Below are positions 24,144 to 36,392 of a DNA stretch of 60,000 nt, piece after piece (position 1 is the first letter of the stretch; every line of letters begins with the position of its first letter). The stretch covers positions 35,528,001 through 35,588,000 of the forward strand of contig OZ076409.1 of NCBI GenBank assembly GCA_964187785.1. Reading direction: 5' to 3'. Source of the stretch: Amphiscolops sp. MND2022 (lineage: Eukaryota). The translations under genes were made by a program, and so were the position numbers. The notes beneath the pieces were generated by a model that was not told the origin of the DNA, made no database searches, and saw only the letters and a program-made list of their open reading frames with translations.

Positions 24144-26959
24144 TTATTTTCCGCCCATATTTCATATGGAAAAAGAAAATATTTAAATCAAACGGTTTTT
24201 TTTTTACAAAATTTGCCAAGAATTTATTTATATCAAAGCTAAAGGTTTTCACCCATAGAATTCAGCTGCTGTAAAATTAGCATTATGCGGTATGTATTTG
24301 TGGAGATTTTTGGACTTTTTTGGTTGACCCAGAAGACCCCAGAATGACCCGAAAATAGTTAAAACTGCAAAATTTTCCGATTTTTACCGTTTTTATGCAA
24401 TTTTTGTCAAATTTTCGATAGATTTCGTGGCTTTTAATGTTGAATGAGAAAAATTTCGTTATCCAAGAGGCCTTTTCAAAGAAATAATTGCAACTTTATA
24501 AAGAAAAAAGGCCTCAAATTGCGATCGAAATTGAAAAAACTTCCGAAAAATTCGGATTATTACTGTTTTTATGCAATTTTTGTCAAATTTTTGATAAACT
24601 TGCTAGCTTAGAAAGGTAAAAACATTCAACAAGGAAAAATTTTGTTGTCCAAGAGGCGTCGTCGAAGTTATAAATGCAATTTGATTTGTAAAAATGCCTC
24701 AAATTCAGACCGAAAATGTCAAAAATCCCAGAAACTTCAGATTTTTGAAAATTTCATGCAATTTTTGTCTCTTTATTGAATGACTTTGTGGCATAGAATG
24801 TCAAAGACGTTCAAAAAGAAAAAAATCGTTAGCCGAGAGGTTTCTTTGAAGATATAAAAGCCTTTTCTGCTAGAAAAGTTACATCAAATTCAGACCAAAA
24901 TTGACAAATATACTTGAAACTTCAGATTTTTGAAAATTTTATTCATTTTTTGTGTATTTTTTTAAAGACTTAGTGGCTTAGAACCCTACAGACGTTCAAC
25001 AAGGAAACAATTCGTTGTGCGGGTCTTTTTTGAAGAGGTAAAAGCAATTTGTGCTCGGAAAATGCATCAAATTCACACCAAAATTGACAAAAAAACTAAA
25101 AAGTTCAGATTTTTGAAAATTTTATTCAACTTTTGTGTAATTTTCTAAAAACGTGGTGGTTTAGAATCTCACAGACGTTCAACAAGGCAACAATTAATTT
25201 GTTGTCCGCTGGCTTTTTTGAAGAAGTAAAAGCAATTTGTTCTGGAAAAATGCATCAAATTCAGACCGAAATTGACAAAAAAAACCGAAAAGTTTAGGTT
25301 TTTGAAAATATTACGCAGTTTTTGTGTACTTTTCGAAAAACTTGGTGGATTAAAAAATTAAAGACGTTCAACAAGGAACAAATTTGTTGTCAGAGAGGCT
25401 TTTGCTAAGAAGTAGACAAAGTTTTCTACTGAAAAAAACGCACAATTTGCGACCAAAAATGACGGAAACATCAAAGTGTACTAAATTTTCAACTTTTTGT
25501 GCAACTTTTGTCAAATTTCTACAAATTTCGTGGATCAAAACGTTGAATACGATCAACAGCGACTGATTTCGTTTTCCAATAAGGTTGTTTGCGGAGACAA
25601 ATGCAGTTGTGTAAAAAAATTGCAACGAGGACCACGAAATAGTCAACAAATCTTACTTTTTTACATTTTTGTATTTTCCACCGCAACTTTTGTAAAAACT
25701 TCAAGCTTTTCATGGATCAAAACTCTGAAACGATTCAACAACAACTGACGGCGTTCTCCTGTAGGCTTTTTGATGGGATATGTGCCAGTTTCTGATAAAA
25801 AAAATTAGGCTTCAATTTGACACAAAAATTGACAAAAAGTTCTAAAAATTCTAGTTTATGTAGGTTTTTCATTGTGTTTGAGTATCATTTTTGAGAATAA
25901 TGGTAAGTTAGATGGTTCAAAACTCCCTAAGATGATAGAATCAAGTATGTAGTTTCCTTCCAGATGAAAAATTTAGTGTTTTACATCAGAAAGTTTTCAA
26001 GATTGTCGTTTTTCCTGCAGTTTGAGTTCAATTTTTGAAAGTTTCTGTGCCCAAGAAAGTTCAAAACATTCAAAAACGATGAAACTAGCTATGCACTGTG
26101 CTATTTCGAAGAGAGTTGCAGTATTTAGCTTCGAAGGTACTTCAAAAGTTGCCCTGATTAGTCCGATATAAAAAGTCTAAATTCAACGTTCCTTATGCAA
26201 AGTTGCGAATGTTTTGAGAAGTTTCCATCGTTGGAAGAAGAAAAACCCTCAAAACCGAACGAATGCTTTGTTCAGTAGGTTTTTTTGCAGGTGAATTGCA
26301 GTTTCACGTTGGAAAAGAGCCTCAAAATGACCCCAAATAGTCGAAAAAAGTTATGGCAGTTGTTTGACAAATTAGTGAAATTCTATTGAAACTTACCAAA
26401 ATTTCGTAATATTCTAAAAGTCTACATTTTTTTAGTAGGCTTGCAGAATGTCCAAAAAAGAAATCTACAATTGTGTATGCAAGAAGTTCATCAGAATGTT
26501 TTGAACTTTAGCGAAATTCCGCTTTTTTTGGAATGTTGATATACATTTATGTAAACGTTTCGAGCAATTTTGTAATTCAAGAATGAGTGGACCCGTTATC
26601 CAAAAAACATTTTTGAAAAGATTCCTACTGTTTCTCATAAAAGTTCCTCAAATGACCGCAATGTTGTCGAAAAGCAAAAATCTACAATTTTTGACATTTT
26701 TGGCAACTTCACGCAAATTTAAAGAAGATTTGATTGGTTAGGTTACACACAATCTGACAAATAAACAAATAGGTATTTGGTGTCTTCTTGAAGTGTTTCT
26801 TCTGAAATGGCATAACATTATTCAAAAAGTGTCAAACCTTTTTCCATCAAACCTCTAAGCGTTTTCAGAGTGTAATGGCTACTCTTGAGTCTCAAAAATA
26901 TGTCATTGCTTGAACAGTTTGGACGGAAAATATCCTGCTGGTCAGCGGGTGTCTTGTTT
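24144..26959 (+). mobile_element. HINE-like family B, long copy with internal tandem array
   Basis: Same 5' and 3' termini as 23002-23245, enclosing ~183-bp repeats. Confidence 0.8.
24350..26400 (+). repeat. ~183-bp tandem repeat array (degenerating towards the 3' side)
   Basis: ACGTTCAACAAGG-like anchors at ~24621, 24807, 24991, 25175, 25363, 25549, 25730; recurrent ATGCAATTTTTGTCAAATTTT. Confidence 0.8.
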
Positions 26960-27550
26960 CCAAACACTTGCAAAAATCAAATACTTCCAAAAACCAAAGT
27001 TTGCAAAGTATCCAAAGGTTGAGTTTCTGAAGTCGCCTTGTGTTTAACAAAATGTTTGCAGGTTTGGAAGTTTCCGGAAACTTTGGGCCATAAAATCATT
27101 GATGATAGTTTTTGAAAAGACATTTGGTTCGAACTTGAACTCGCTAGAATTGTACAATACAAATTTAAATTATTCAAAAACTTAATAAAATTGTTTGACG
27201 CTGTCAAAACGTTGAAAAGATTTTTCTGGCAACTTTGGGGCCACTTTTGAACAGAAACCAGGTTTCTTTTTGATGGTGTGCTGTGTGACTAACTGTTTCA
27301 TTGGTAAGACTTGCGGATGTTTCAGCAAAAATAAACAATCGAAATCTGTTCAAAAATGTTTTTGAACACTCCAAAAAAGAATTGAGTTTTGTTTTCATGA
27401 ATTTCGGGGTATTTTAGTTAACTCATTTTCCCAAGGAAATTTCATTACTTCCAAAACTACATGTTATACAAACCAACTTCCGAGTAGTTGCACTTTGTGA
27501 AGAAACTTCTATCATTTGAGTTTGATATTGGAAGATGGAGGAATTGTGGA

Positions 27551-28050
27551 AAAAGGAAGCCGGGAACGGCATAATTCAGCGCCCCGCCTAAGGCTCAAAA
27601 ATAGCAAAAGTACTTCAAAGCGTCAAGTAAACAAAAAACCCAAAGGGGAAGTTTTTGATCACCAAGTCAAAGTTTACATATACTTCGGAGATAACGTTAA
27701 AAGTTGGGGAAGAGCTTTTTTTGAACCTTCGCATCCTCCTTAGTAAAACGCAATTTACTTCGGATATAACGTCAAAATTCGGGTATTGCGCAATGTTTTC
27801 GAACCTCCTTCTCCTCATTTGTAAAACGCAATTCAATTCGGATATAAGGTCAAAAGTTCAGGTATAGCGTGCTGGGCCGAATGGTACATTTCAAGATTTC
27901 AAGGTTTCAAGGTTTTGTAAACTTTTGGTAAAACTACTTCGAAAGGCTTGGTCAGTTCGAAAGGATTGAAATTTTTCAAACAAAAAATGCGACGAAAAGC
28001 CACGATATACTAGTTGCGCTTTTCATTTTCTATAAAACGTCGTCTAACAA
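27551..28050 (-). mobile_element. Diverged HINE-like element, family A
   Basis: AAGCCGGGAACGGC...TAAGGCTCAAAAATAGCAAAAG start; three ~75-bp internal repeats (TTCGGATATAACGTCAAAA); degenerate ACGTCGTCTAACAA end. Confidence 0.65.
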
Positions 28051-28495
28051 CAGCGCACGGTTGAAAAATTTCTTTCATCGATTGAAAAATGGACGGGAAC
28101 TAACACTACTCCCAAATTCATGGTTCCGATGTTCTCAAAACTAGTGAAAAAATCTCTTGCTGTCTAATTTTGGTTCTGTGCCATACATTAAGGGTACTAC
28201 AGGCATATCATTTTTCTGTGGTCAACGTCGGAAGAGGTACTTTATTAGGACACGGCCCAAGAAAGGATTTTAGAACATCAAGACAATTTTTGAGAACCAC
28301 CAAAAATTTCAATAAATTTGTGTAATTGGAAACGTTAGGAATGCGTACGAAACCTCAAAAAATTGAGTTTTTTCACGCATATGGTTTTTGGTATGTTTCA
28401 CATTTTTTCCGAGCAGAAAGGTTTCGGCATATATCAAAAAAACACATGCTTAAATGCTGAAAACAGACTGAAACAAAACTAGGTATTGTAAAAAC

Positions 28496-28554
28496 TTTTT
28501 AGGTACTTTCTTCAGGTACTTTTAGGTAATTTTTAGGTACTTTTAGGTACTTTC
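28496..28554 (+). repeat. Short tandem repeat (TTTTAGGTAC)n, about 5 units
   Basis: Directly visible AGGTACTTT repeats. Confidence 0.75.
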
Positions 28555-29248
28555 TCCAGAAAAGTTCAATTATATTTCAAAATGCAAACTCAAACATGTG
28601 TTTCATTGTTGATATAGACTGATAGTAGAAATCGTAAAAGTTATACTCGAGGTTCGCCGAAGTGTTGCGGAATTTGTTGTGTCATATGCGTGAGAGACCA
28701 AGGCTTGCTGTGCTAGTCTGACACTCTCTCCAAACGTGCATTGTTCAAAAAAATTGTAGTTCCCGTCCACTGCGAATAGCGAAAACGTCACAAAATCCCG
28801 TCTCAGGTGTGAAGAAACAGTGAAATTTTAATTACATGACGGGACGCTTTTTCGCCTGACGCTGGCTGCATTGCAAAAATTTGGTATTCCGTGAAGCCTT
28901 CTTTTACGCCACTTTTTTGTCACATTTTTTTTCTTTTGTTCGCCAGTCAGTTCAACCCTGTACTGCAAGTTTTCAGCTGTCACAGTTTTGGTGTTGCTCA
29001 AATTACCTCTGAGGGATTTCGACCAAAAGTTGTTCGTGATGTCCTCTGGAACAGCTTTGTTACCTGTTCTAGGAAAAAGATAATTTCTCCGTGGTTCCGT
29101 TGTTCCTTCTGCATGTTAGTGATGGAACGAATCTTTCTCTAAGGAGTTTTCATCCTCTTTCAAACTATCTGGAAATCACCTAGTGGATGTTTTGGTGTGT
29201 TGCGGGAGTTTCTCGATTGTACTCGCGAGAAAGAATCAAAACAAGTTG

Positions 29249-32200
29249 TTCTTTTCCGCCCATATTTCATATATGGGAAAGGAAAAAAATTAAATCAAAC
29301 GGGTTTTTTTTACAAAATTTGCCAAAAATTAATTTCACCGAAACTAAATTTAATTTTATGAGTGTTACCCAAAGAATTCAACTCGCATAAAGTTAGCTTC
29401 GTGCGATATGTATTTGTGGAGAATTCTGGATTTTTTTAGTTGACCCCAAGGACCCCAGAATGACCCAAACATGACCCCAAAAATAAGAAAATTTGTGAAA
29501 ATTTCCAATTTTTATAGGTTTTAATGCAATTTTTCGATAGATATCGTGACTTAGAATGTTGAAAACGTTCAACAAGGCACGAAATTGTTGTTCATTAGGC
29601 TTTTCTGAAGAGTTTATTGCAGTTTTTCAAATGAAAAATACCGCAAGTTGACACCAAAAACGACAAAAAAACAAAATTTTTTCGATTTTTAAAGTTTTGA
29701 TGCAATTTTTGTCAAATTTTCGACAAACTTCGTGAATACAATTGTTGAAAACGTTCAACAAGACACGAATTTGTTGTCCAATAGTCTTCTATGAGGAGAT
29801 AAATTCGGTTTTGTAAAAGAAAATTGACCACAAAAACACTCAAATTCCAAAATTTCTCGATTTTTAACGATTTTATGCAATTTTTGTCAAACTTTTGATA
29901 GACTTCGTTGAATAAAATGTGAAAAACACTCAACATGGCACGCATTTGCTGTCTAGTAGGCTTTTCCGAAAAGATAATTGCTATTTTCCAAAAGAAAAAA
30001 CCTCAAAGTGACACCAAAAATAATAAAAAACAAAAAATTTCCAATTTTTTAACGTTTTCATGCAGTTTTTGTCAAATTTTCGACAGACTTCGTGCATACG
30101 ATTGTTGCAAACGCTCAACTTGGCATAAATTGTTGTCTATTGGGCTTTTTCAAAAAGATAATTGCTGTTTTTCAAATGGAAAATGGCTCAACACAGATAA
30201 TGGCAAAAACTCAAAAATTTTCCGCTTTTGCAAGTTTTTGTGCATTTTCTGTCAGAGTTTCGACGGACTTCGTGAATTGGAATGATGAAAACGTTCACCA
30301 TGGTATCGACTCGTTGTCCAGTAGTCTTCAAAGATGTGATTATCTCAGTTTTTTGATGGAAAAGTGTCTGAATTTGACACCGAAATAGACAAAAACCCAA
30401 AACTTTTTAACTTTAGGGTTTTATGCAGTTTTTCCAAGTTTTCCACAAACTCCATCAATTGGAATAGTGGATAGAGTCAACAAAGTCTGAGTGGGATGTC
30501 CAGTATGCTTGGTGGAGAGATAAAAGTAGTTTTTTAATTGAAATGCCTGGAATTGACATCGAAGAGGACAAAAGATGAAAAACTTTCCTATTTTCACCAC
30601 TTTTGTTTAATTTTTGTCAAACTATCAGATGACTTCGTAGACTAGATTAGTAGAACTCCTAAACAATGGAAAAATTGTTGTTTCTGTGAGCTTTCGTCAA
30701 GAGATAAGTTCAATTTGTAAAAGCAATGCTTCAAATTGGTCCTAAAAATGTCGAAAAATTCGAAGTTTTTGTCGTTTTCGATAGAACTGCTGTTGAATTT
30801 CCGAGCGTTAACGTCAAAGATTACAACACAATCAACAACGAAAGAACGAGCTATGCATTACATTTTTGAAGAGAACGTTCCAGGGTTTTGCTACAAAAAC
30901 ACTTCAGAATGTCTCCAAACATGTCGAAAAATTCAACACGTTTTTATACAACCTATGTCTACTTTTTGAATCGTTTTGGAGTCAGCAAAGCTTGAACTCT
31001 TACGTCTGTCGGCTTTCAAAGAATCGTTTGCAGACTTCGGTCGGAAAACGGATCAAAATCGACCGCAAAAAAAAACGAAAATGTCAAAAATTTGCTGATT
31101 TCTGACATTTTCAGTGAAATTTTATTTGAGATTGGATAATTTCGGTAAGATAAAAGCTTCAAAGAGCTTTGATAAAACTAGATCCACAGCACGTTTTTAA
31201 AACAAAAATTCACATTTTTTATGGCAAAGAGATTTACTCAGAATTACACAACTAATGCAAAAACTGAAAAATTTCAAGTTTTTTCCACATTTATAGACAG
31301 TTTTTCGTACAATTTTTGAGCTACTACTTTGCATAAAAAGATTTTAAGGGCTCAACATTGAAAAATTCTGGTATCCAGAGGGCAATTTTGAAGATATCAT
31401 TGCAATTTTAAGTTGGAAAGGGCCGAAAAGCGCCCGAAATCCATTCAACAACAAAAAGGCACCTTTTTCGTAAATTATTGTCATTTTTGTTCAAACCACA
31501 AAAATGTTCGTAGAATAGAACTTCCATTAACCCGAGCGTTGAAACAATAAGGCATATCAAACGCAATTCGGGAAAAAAGTAGGAAGAAGTTCATCGAGTG
31601 TTCAACAAAGGTGTCAAAAGTTCCGATTTTCCTCAGTTTTCGACATAGTCCCACTTTTGATCCTTCCCGAAAAGTTACTTAATTTTATTACTTAAATTTA
31701 TTTGTCAAACACTTAATTTTCAATATGCTTCGAGCAAAATGACTAGATACCGAGTACACCTTCCAAAAAAATGTTTCGAGCTATTAGAGCGGGTTAGAAT
31801 CGTCGAAGCATTCAACAACAACTAAACTCGGTGTCGAGGAGGCTTATTTGTGAAGAGACATGTGTAGATTCATGTAAGAATAATTTGGACACCTCTGTTG
31901 GAAATATGTGCAATATTATAACAAACTGGGACCGCTAAAGTTTCCTAAACTTGCAAATGTCCTAGTTTCAAGCTTACACCATTTTCTCAGTACCAAAAAC
32001 TACCTCAAGACATACGTCTGAGTCTCGGAAACCACTTCTTCCCCAACAGGAATCTCAAAAAGCTATTTTTTTCATTTTTTTGGTTAAGTCCTTTGATGGC
32101 GAAACAAGTTTCAGCTCACAAACTACTTTTCTCAAGCCAAAATCAGTTATGAAATCAAGTGGGTACACTCCGACCAAATGCAAATTTCGGAAAGACGCAC

Positions 32201-32624
32201 AGAGCCGAAAAACTGAAATGAGGTATTTTCCAAAATCAATGAGAAACCTCATCAGTTCCACATGATCAAAAGTAACAAAGAGGTCACCCTCAAAACTCGG
32301 TAAATTGTTTCCTTTACAGAAAACGTCAAAAACCAAACATTGGGAAAAATGTTTTTCGAAAATTGTTTTTCAAAAAAGTGAAAAATTTCTTTTACTCGGT
32401 TAGTCGCGGAGTGCCGAAAAAAAACTGGCCAGCTATCGCAGAAAAAATAAGAAAGGTGTTTCCTTTAAAAATTTAAAAATGGGGAAAGATGAAACTAAGC
32501 TTTCTTTTCTTTGAACTTCTTAGCGTTTTTATAGAGCATTGGCTTTTCTTGAGCCTCAAATTTATGTAGTTTTAGAACAGTTCGGGGCGGAAAATATCTC
32601 GCTGCTCAGCGGGCGTCTTGTTTT
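29249..32624 (+). mobile_element. HINE-like family B, long copy with internal tandem array
   Basis: 5' TTTTCCGCCCATATTTCATATATGGGAAAGG; 3' GGGGCGGAAAATATCTCGCTGCTCAGCGGGCGTCTTGTTTT. Confidence 0.8.
29480..31500 (+). repeat. ~180-186-bp tandem repeat array, same family as 24350-26400
   Basis: ACGTTCAACAAG-like anchors at ~29565, 29751, 29926, 30111, 30291, 30475; boundaries approximate. Confidence 0.78.
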
Positions 32625-33758
32625 AGAATCGAAACGAACAGATACTCTACCCACGCGATCACTTCGAGCCTTTTGAAACCTGCAGCAGTGTCTTTGGCTG
32701 AGTAAATTGATTCAATACAAGGCGGGCACGTGTTGTCGCAGCGTCTCTTTTTTGACTGCGTTGCCATTTCCGGCAGGTCTTTTTCTCAAACAACCAGTAG
32801 GGTTTTGAAAACAAAATCTTAGAAGAGATAAGAAAGAACGGTTAAAAAGAGTCGGGTACCTATCTATCCAACAATCCCGATGATCGCAATACAACCCAAT
32901 CGGAAAGTGGACCTAGAAGTAGTCCGAATCAACAAGGTCGTGAAAAACATAAAACCAAAAATCAAAAATAAAAATACAAATCTAGCTGTCATGCCCGAAA
33001 AGCATAATAAAGAATGAAAAGAATGAACCCGAAACTGCCTTTACAATAGATTACATGAAAAATCATTTCAGATATATGATTGAAAACACAAGTCATTACA
33101 TTTAAAAAATCACACACTTTATTTAACTATCTTGTTAGCTGAATTAAACTAACACGTTAAACAACGACTGGGATAACCAGTGATCAAAACTCATTAGTGT
33201 ATCTTCAGGCCATTCGTTCAATCATGAAGTATGTACGTTTACCAAACTATCTTCAACCTATTTATACTCCTGCTGGTCATTTTCCACAATATTCATACTA
33301 TCATGCAGAAATCACGTGTGGTCGCAGTATTATCATTTGATTGATACAAGTAGAACTGGAATATCCAAATTTTTACAGTACAATTTTGTTCAATTACATG
33401 CAATAATTTCGATCACCATTGATAGCAGTGATGATGACTAACTTTCGTATCAAAATCACTAGTTGCAGTTACCATGACGACTGATACAAGCACTCGTGCA
33501 TAATCCCTTGCGCTAATCAACACCAATCGGCAAACGAGACGTGATTGTTTGGTGCAGTCACGTGAGAAGACGCAACACCATCAGCGTCTAAGAACCTGCT
33601 TGGTAACAGACCAAGTCATAACACCTTCGGATACAACGACAAAGGTGCTATCCTTACTCTGTCAATTTTGCAGTTTCATTGCGACAAAATAGTTAAAATC
33701 GACTTCTCAATTCAACATTTCAACCTTTCCTTCTTCTTAACGGAACGTGACTTGACTT

Positions 33759-34100
33759 ATGGTTATCACTACATCTCAAATATTGAAAAATAATAGAAAC
33801 TATCAAATGAAAATGGAAGATTTAGAGCCAATGAAAGCAACGTTAGCTTCCCAGATCTTGATTCGAGAAATCATAACCTTGAAATAAATAATGACCATCA
33901 AATCAATCATGAAGGAGATCATGAAAAAATGAGAAAAGAGCAGAGGTTTATAGAATTGAACAGACAAATCGGTGAAATGGCCAAATTAGTTTAAACCCTG
34001 AAGGAGAAAATTACCTCTAATCTCAGAGAAGGAAACGGTTTATATACTCTATTTACCACTAATGAGGCCCGTTCCGACAGTAGGTGCAGCTGATTTTTGT
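33759..34100 (+). pseudogene. Decayed Gypsy gag N-terminal remnant
   Basis: MVITTSQIL... and GDHEKMRKEQRFIELNRQIGEMAKLV*TLKEKI align by eye to MVNTRSQIL... and RDHERSRIEQRFLEMTKQIGELTSMVRALTEKV of the gag at 10914-11966; stop and frameshift present. Confidence 0.7.
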
Positions 34101-34859
34101 CACACTGCGCATCTTGTAGCAATAATCGAAGAAACTGTAGCAGGCACAAGTCGCAAAGGGGCCCAGTTCTGATTCCAGTACAAGAAGCTCCAACAAATCC
34201 TTAAATCCGCCCTTGATCCACCAAGGAAAGACCAAGAAAATGACACACTGCCTAGAAATACTCTCAGGTGCCTGGGGAACAGTGCTGGGAAATCATTTCT
34301 ATAAAACTCAAACGAGCAGCCATCTACGCTCTGCCTCAACGCTGGTGGGCATCCAAAAATCGAACCACTCCCCTCAATCTAACTTCGCTTCGGCGCAAGT
34401 CCGGGCGATGTATTCGAATTGGTTTTTGCGGGGGATCTAAAAATTAAACTGTTGCCAAACGCCTCACGTATTCCAGTGGGCGAAAACACGAAAACTATCG
34501 CTGACCGTCATCATTCGTAGAAACCCCGTAGAAATCGACACACCTATTGCGGCAACTGTACACGAGGGGCGGAAGGTTGTCGTGATTGTTGACCTACAGC
34601 CCTGATGCTGATCTTGATGATTAATCATTTAGGATTTTTTGTTTTCCGTGTTTTATTTCTTGAATTTTCCTCCATTCACTGAAATTTTTCCTCGTTCAAT
34701 TTTACTGGGCCTTTATTGACACTGTAAGGAGGCTCTGCAACTAGAAGCGTGACAGCACCACTTTCAACTTTCATTTTTAAACTGGCTTCTCGGTAAATAA
34801 TGGAGAAACATCGCTCATTGCTAACAAACCTGGTCCTTATAGAGTAGTTATAATGAGTG

Positions 34860-35199
34860 TGAAAAGAGAATTTTGAGAAAAAACTCAAACTCAACCTTGA
34901 GACTCGAAAAACGGTTTGCCTATCTTCAAACATCAAAAACTTATATTTGAGGGATAACTTCGAAAAAAAAGCGCATGAAGCCGTATAACGCAATTGAACA
35001 ACCCTTTAGGCTCGCAAACCACTTTTTCTTTGCTAAAAACGTCAAAAAATTCAAAAGTGGTACGTTTTACTGAAATAGCTATTTTGGAGTGGACGACAAC
35101 TTATAGAAAGTTATAGGTTCATAAAAATTGCCAGTCCGTTGGTCTTTGAAATCGCCTCTACTATAGTTTGCATTTTCTAACGAAAGCGCCGACTAAAAA
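34860..35199 (-). mobile_element. HINE-like family A fragment
   Basis: Ends CTACTATAGTTTGCATTTTCTAACGAAAGCGCCGACTAAAAA; left boundary uncertain. Confidence 0.5.
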
Positions 35200-35325
35200 T
35201 TTGTTTCAAGTTGAATTCATTCATTTTCTAATAAAAGACGGGTTGACGGGTTTTGTCTGTGGTCACTTTTAGTTGTGAACAATGAGTGAATCATTTTCCA
35301 AACTACAAAAATTATGCATAAAAAC

Positions 35326-35662
35326 CTTCAGTAGTTTCAGCAGAAAGGTTCCACTTTCGTCCTCTATCCCCCAAATAGCATTCATGGGGATCCAACATGC
35401 ATAGATGATGGCCGCTGACGAAGCTGGGCAAATCTGTTATGTTGTACACCGAGTTGAAACCCAAGCCAAACTTGCCAACTTTTGTGCGATCCTCTAGTTT
35501 CGTTTCACCGCCAAACTTGCAAAGATTATCGAAGTCTTTGTCCGTGAATTGCTGGTTGTTCCAAAACACAACAGCGGGTCCGTGGAACGATTCCAAGTTT
35601 TTGTTCAGCAAGTTGTCAACGGAATGTTGGCGAAGATCCAACAACATTGCAGCCTCAGTTGC
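35326..35662 (-). CDS. SACS: Sacsin-like gene, coding exon 2 (HATPase/GHKL part of SRR1)
   Basis: ATEAAMLLDLR...HGPAVVFWNNQQFTDKDF...VGKFGLGFNSVYNITDLPSFVSG..LCMLDPH; acceptor TTTTTTCAAG|GCA (phase 0); donor GAAG|GTTTT (phase 1) matching exon 3. Confidence 0.9.
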
Positions 35663-36064
35663 CTTGAAAAAACAAATCAATAAAAAAATCTATTGATATA
35701 TAGAAAAGCAAGCAGCCAGGAACGGTATAAGTCGGCATCCGCTTAGGGCTCAAAAGGGGCAGAGATCTTCAAATCATTAATGGACTGCTTTTGAAAAAAA
35801 CTCGGAACAATGTAAAAGAAAAAGGAAGGGTTTTTTTCTTACTCAGGGTAAAGAAGTTTTTTCTTAACTGTTAATATCACAAAAACCTGATCATGTAATT
35901 TTTTGCAAGATTTTTTGTTCGGAAAAGTCGCACAATCCCGAAATTACCCAAACGTGTGACCTCCTAGGCTCAGAAAACGCGTTTTATAACCTGAAAACAT
36001 CACACAAATGAAGTCGCACATAGCCGAAAAACAGATCTTCTCCACAATTTTACGAAAATCCTCA

Positions 36065-36261
36065 TGTAATAACTTGGAGAAACAAGAGGATAAATACAGT
36101 GAATTAAAAAGCAAGAGTGTGAGTGCCAAAGCAAATCTGAATTGTAACTGATATTTCAGTGTCTTTTCATATATGCATTAACATTACATGACATCATAAA
36201 AGTGGCAGGTAGTTCAATGTTCATTTTAATTGTATTGTTCGTTTTGCCATTTCATGCCACA
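36065..36261 (-). repeat. Gypsy 3' LTR
   Basis: Identical by eye to 41730-41926; PPT at 36262-36272. Confidence 0.95.
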
Positions 36262-36392
36262 TTCCCCTTCTTCCGGGATCTTCTAAGGGAACCACTGTTG
36301 TCGTGGAATGTCTTTCTTGATCCGTGGAAATGGAGTGAACGGAAATCGAGCTGGAGTGGTGAAAGTGTAGGTGTCTCCTAAACGTAAAAGAT

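Noticed and set aside
24350..31500. CRISPR-like array suggested by the recurring ACGTTCAACAAGG motif
   Set aside because: The sequences between anchors are homologous to each other, the period is ~183 bp, and there are no cas genes; it is a tandem repeat.
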